Source of the DNA: Terriglobia bacterium
GTDB lineage: Bacteria; Acidobacteriota; Polarisedimenticolia; Polarisedimenticolales; JAIQFR01
NCBI GenBank assembly: GCA_963748015.1
Contig: CAVVHE010000004.1
Coordinates: forward strand, 1,792,001 to 1,856,000
DNA length: 64,000 nt
Direction: 5' to 3'
Positions within the stretch are counted from its first letter, which is position 1. Every line of letters begins with the position of its first letter. The notes beneath the pieces are model-generated. The model was not told the origin of the DNA. It saw only the letters and a program-made list of their open reading frames with translations, and did not search any database. This document shows, in pieces, positions 60,259 through 64,000 of this stretch. Made by a program: the position numbers and the translations under genes.

Positions 60259-61170
60259 ATGGAAGCAGCGGTGGCACTGCGGGGCGTGACGAAGGCCTTC
60301 GGGGACTTCCGCGCCGTGGACCGGATCGATCTCGAGGTCCCCGCCGGAGAGATCTTCGGCCTTCTGGGGCCGAACGGCGCGGGGAAGACCACGACCATAA
60401 GGATGATCATGGACATCATCCGTCCCGACTCGGGAGAGGTCCGGGTGCTCGGCGCGAAGCTCGCCGACGGCACCAAGGACCGGATCGGCTATCTCCCCGA
60501 GGAGCGAGGGCTCTACAGGAAGATGAAGATCGCCGAGATGCTGGAGTTCCAGGGGGCGATCAAGGGAATGTCCCCCGCGGCGGCCCGCAAGGCGGGGATC
60601 GAATGGCTCGAGCGCCTCGGGATCGGAGAATGGAAGGACAAGAAGGTCGAGGAGCTGTCCAAGGGAATGCAGCAGAAGGCGCAGTTCGTGGCGGCAGTGA
60701 TGGCGAAACCGGCGCTCCTGATCCTCGACGAGCCGTTCTCGGGCATGGACCCGGTGAACCAGGACCTCTTCAAGGACGTGATCCTCGAGGTCAACCGGGC
60801 GGGGACCACGATTCTCTTCTCGACGCACCAGATGGACACCGCCGAGAAGCTGTGCAAGCGGATCGCCCTCATCAATCACGGCACGGTCGCGCTGACCGGG
60901 GTGCTGAGCGAGCTGAAGGCGGGCTTCGGCAAGAACTCCGTGCTGATGGAGTTCGAGGGGGACGGGTCGTTCCTCGCGTCGCTCCCGGGGGTCGCCAGCG
61001 TGGATGACTACGGGCAGTACCAGGAGATCCGCCTCGCGACGGGCGCGGACCCGCAGGAGCTGCTGCGGGGGTCGGTGGGGAAGCTCAGGATCAGGCGGTT
61101 CGAGATCGTGTCCCCCACCCTTCACAACATCTTCATCGAGCTCGTCGGCGGGGAGCAGGCCCATGCATAA
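60259..61170 (+). CDS. ABC transporter ATP-binding protein (NatA/YhaQ-like)
   Basis: GPNGAGKTT, GYLPEERGLY, LSKG, LDEPFSG.DP.N, STH. Confidence 0.92.
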   Translation: MEAAVALRGVTKAFGDFRAVDRIDLEVPAGEIFGLLGPNGAGKTTTIRMIMDIIRPDSGEVRVLGAKLADGTKDRIGYLPEERGLYRKMKIAEMLEFQGAIKGMSPAAARKAGIEWLERLGIGEWKDKKVEELSKGMQQKAQFVAAVMAKPALLILDEPFSGMDPVNQDLFKDVILEVNRAGTTILFSTHQMDTAEKLCKRIALINHGTVALTGVLSELKAGFGKNSVLMEFEGDGSFLASLPGVASVDDYGQYQEIRLATGADPQELLRGSVGKLRIRRFEIVSPTLHNIFIELVGGEQAHA

Positions 61171-62438
61171 GATCCTCATGGTGATCCGGCGGGAGTACCT
61201 CGAGCGCGTCAAGAAGAAGTCGTTCTGGATCGGCACCGCGGTGTTCCCGCTGCTGATGGTTGTCATGTTCGGCATCCAGTTCGCCGCGATGTTCTTGAAC
61301 CCGGCCGAGCAGCAGACGATCGCGTTCGCGGACGCCACCGGGCGTCTCTTCGACGCGACCGCGAAGGGGCTCGACGACAAGCTGAAGGACGGGCGCCCGG
61401 AGTTCGTCTTCGTGAAGGAGGAGGTCCGCGGCAGCGTCGAGGACACCTACAACGCGCTGAAGCCGCGCGTGCTTGACGGAAAGCTGTCCGGCATCCTCAT
61501 CGTCGCGGAGGACATCGAGTCGAAGGACGCCTTCCGGTTCTATTCGAAGAACGTCGGCAACGTCATGACGACCGAGAGGCTGCAGCGCGCGCTCAAGAAC
61601 GCGGTCGTCGGCCTGCGCCTCGAGAAGAGCAACCTCGGCCTCGACCGCAAGACGCTCGACGGAATCATGAAGCCGGTGGAGCTCAGCACGCTCCAGGTCG
61701 AGAAGACCGGCGAGGCGAAGAAGAAGGGGTTTCTCCAAGCCTATTTCGGAACGTTCGCGTTCGTCATGGTCCTCTACATGTCGCTGCTGCTCTACGGCAT
61801 CGCGGTCATGCGAGGAATTCTCGAGGAGAAGTCGAGCCGCGTGATGGAGGTCCTCCTCGGATCCCTCTCCCCCGACCAGCTCATGACCGGGAAGATCGTC
61901 GGGATCGGCCTCGTCGGCCTCACGCAGATGGGGATCTACGTCGTCACCGCGGGGGCATTGCGCGCCTACTTCGCCGCGCAGACTGGCGCAGCCGAGTGGA
62001 CCTCGGCCCTCGACGCGTTTTCGCCCGTCAAACTGATGTGGTTCGTCGTCTTCTACCTGCTCGGCTATTTCATGTACACGGCGCTGTTCGCCGCGATCGG
62101 CGCGGTGTGCAACACCGAGCAGGAGGCGCAGAACCTCCAGACCCCCGTCGTGATGTGCCTCGTGGTGCCGATGATGCTCACGTTCTTCTTCGTGAACAGG
62201 CCGGACTCGACGGCCGCCGTGGTCATCTCGATGATCCCGATCTTCACCCCCATGGTGATGTACATGAGGATCAGCCTGCTGACGCCGCCCTGGCTGGCAG
62301 ATCGGCCTGTCGATCCTCCTCATGCTCGGGACGATCTGGCTGCTCTTCAGGGGCACCGCGAAGATCTTCCGGATCGGCGTCCTGATGTACGGCAAGCGCC
62401 CGACGATCCCGGAGATCTTCCGCTGGGCGAGGAGCTAG
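61163..62438 (+). CDS. ABC-2 permease (NatB/YhaP-like; one extra base near 62294)
   Basis: RREY..RV, EEKSSR..E.LL, GK..G; the corrected frame ends [17 protein letters not shown]. Confidence 0.85.
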
Positions 62439-62517
62439 TCGGAACAGCGCCGCAACCGGACAGCCCCCGTTCGGATCGATCCGAAGCGGCGGACATTGCG
62501 CCTCGCCGTGGCTTTGT

Positions 62518-63396
62518 CTAACCGGGGAACGCCATCCCGATCAGCTTGTACGCCAGGCGGGCGGCGGCGAAGTCGGCCATGTGCAGCCCCGGGGCGGGCG
62601 CGAGCTCGACGAGGTCGCAGGCGACGACGCGGGTGCGGCGAAACAGGTCGTCGAGGAAGCGGAGGGTCGGCCACCAGGCGCCGCCGCCGGGCTCGGGGGT
62701 GCCCGTCGCCGGGATCACCGACGGGTCGAAGTAGTCGAGGTCCACGGTGAGGTAGACCGGCTTCCCGTCGAGGCCGTCGAGGACGCGGCACTGCCAGTCG
62801 TCGTTCTCCATCTCCCACGCGTGGACGATGCGGTAGCCGGGAATGCCCTTGCTCATCCGCTCGGCCTCCTCGATCGAGTAGTTGCGGATCCCGACGGCCC
62901 GGATCGGGGCGAGGCCGAGGCAGCGCGCCATCGCGGAGGCGTGGCTCCACGGGTTCCCCTCGTACGACTCGCGCAGGTCGGCGTGCGCGTCGAGCTGAAC
63001 GACGTGGAGGCCGGGGTGGCGCGCCGCCGCCGCGCGGACGGCGCCCGGGGTGATGGAGTGCTCGCCGCCGAGCATCACGACCCACTTGCCGGCGTCCATC
63101 AGCTCCCCTGCGCGCGCCGCGATCGCGTCCACGACGCGCTCCGTGGGGCCGTCCGGGATCGGGAGCATCGGGTCGGTGTGGATGCCCGCGCGGAACGGCT
63201 CCGCGCGGGTCTGCTCGTCGTACAGCTCGACCTGCGCCGACGCGCGGAGGATCGCCTCCGGCCCCGCCGCGGTCCCGTGGCCGTACGACACCGTCCCCTC
63301 GTAGGGGACGGGCAGTACCGCAACCCGCGCGTCCTCGAACGGCGACCTCGCCTCCTCGCCGCCGAACGGTGGAATCACGCTTCGAGCCTCGCTCAT
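62518..63396 (-). CDS. speB: Agmatinase
   Basis: GGEHS, DAHADL, SHAS, DLDYFDPS..P.TGTPEPGG. Confidence 0.9.
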   Translation of the reverse strand: MSEARSVIPPFGGEEARSPFEDARVAVLPVPYEGTVSYGHGTAAGPEAILRASAQVELYDEQTRAEPFRAGIHTDPMLPIPDGPTERVVDAIAARAGELMDAGKWVVMLGGEHSITPGAVRAAAARHPGLHVVQLDAHADLRESYEGNPWSHASAMARCLGLAPIRAVGIRNYSIEEAERMSKGIPGYRIVHAWEMENDDWQCRVLDGLDGKPVYLTVDLDYFDPSVIPATGTPEPGGGAWWPTLRFLDDLFRRTRVVACDLVELAPAPGLHMADFAAARLAYKLIGMAFPG

Positions 63397-64000
63397 CGCC
63401 GGTCCTCCGGGGCCGCCCTCACTTCGTGAGGCTTCCGGGCTTCCGCCCGCAGCAGCAGCCGGTAGTTGATGACGCCGATCACCACCATCCCGAGCAGGAA
63501 GAGCGGGTACGCGATCTTCCAGTTTGACGGGCCCGTCATCATGGACCACTCGGACATCCCGCCGATCCCCGCGAGGAGGGTCAGCGGCATGAACACCGTC
63601 GTGATCATCGTGAGGCGGCGGACGGACGCGTTCATCCGGTTCGCCGACTTCGACATGCGGTTGTTCACCTGGGAGAGGTACATCTCCATCAGCGACGTGA
63701 TCATCTCGCGGCAGATCTCGACGATCTCGAAGTACTTCGTCAGGTGGTCGTGGACGTCCCGGAAGTGGTAGATCGACCGGTCCGACACGAACGGCGAGTC
63801 CTTCCGGCAGATCTTCGCCAGGACCTCGCGAGAGTGGAAAAGGCTCTTCCTGAGGGTCAGGAGATCGCGGCGTAGCCGCATCACCGCCTTCGGGTCGAAG
63901 TTGTACGGGCTCTCGAGGACGTCCTCCTCCGCCGTCTCGATCACGTCCTGGAGACTCTCGATCGCCTCCACGTCGCTGTCCACCACGTGGTCCAGCATGA
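63393..64000 (-). CDS. corA: CorA-family divalent cation transporter (5' end beyond the window)
   Basis: Y.RDV.DH, MN..VR.LT.I.TVF.PLT..AG..GM followed by a second TM helix. Confidence 0.85.
   Translation of the reverse strand, partial: MLDHVVDSDVEAIESLQDVIETAEEDVLESPYNFDPKAVMRLRRDLLTLRKSLFHSREVLAKICRKDSPFVSDRSIYHFRDVHDHLTKYFEIVEICREMITSLMEMYLSQVNNRMSKSANRMNASVRRLTMITTVFMPLTLLAGIGGMSEWSMMTGPSNWKIAYPLFLLGMVVIGVINYRLLLRAEARKPHEVRAAPEDRR

Overview
High-GC (roughly 70% by eye) chromosomal window from a diderm bacterium (it encodes LptD and LolA). The gene styles resemble Acidobacteriota/Myxococcota-type genomes, but taxonomy cannot be fixed from this alone. It is mostly core genome: polA, an ArgR-controlled arginine operon (argR-argG-unknown-argC-argD-argF'-argB-argE-argH), a YtrA/GntR-ABC operon, dinG, glyA, rpiB, a dGTPase-like gene, ferredoxin-tldD-pmbA, clpB-hsp20-htpX-grpE-ubiA, lptD, a sigma70 factor, split NadE, rsmI, smpB, tnaA, an ABC exporter, speB and a partial corA. 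No rRNA, tRNA, CRISPR array, phage or transposase gene was seen. Several essential genes carry single-base indels, probably assembly errors. The best leads are: (1) an arginine operon lacking argA/argJ that instead contains a translationally coupled DUF1611-like P-loop protein, next to a transcarbamylase with the succinyl-type specificity residue; (2) a candidate isoprenoid-alcohol salvage cluster (farnesol-dehydrogenase-like SDR, prenol kinase-DUF92 fusion, UbiA prenyltransferase); (3) a three-copy ~190 bp hairpin element whose arms diverge between copies yet stay perfectly self-complementary, plus three other long palindromic intergenic elements. All family assignments come from motif recognition by eye, not database searches.
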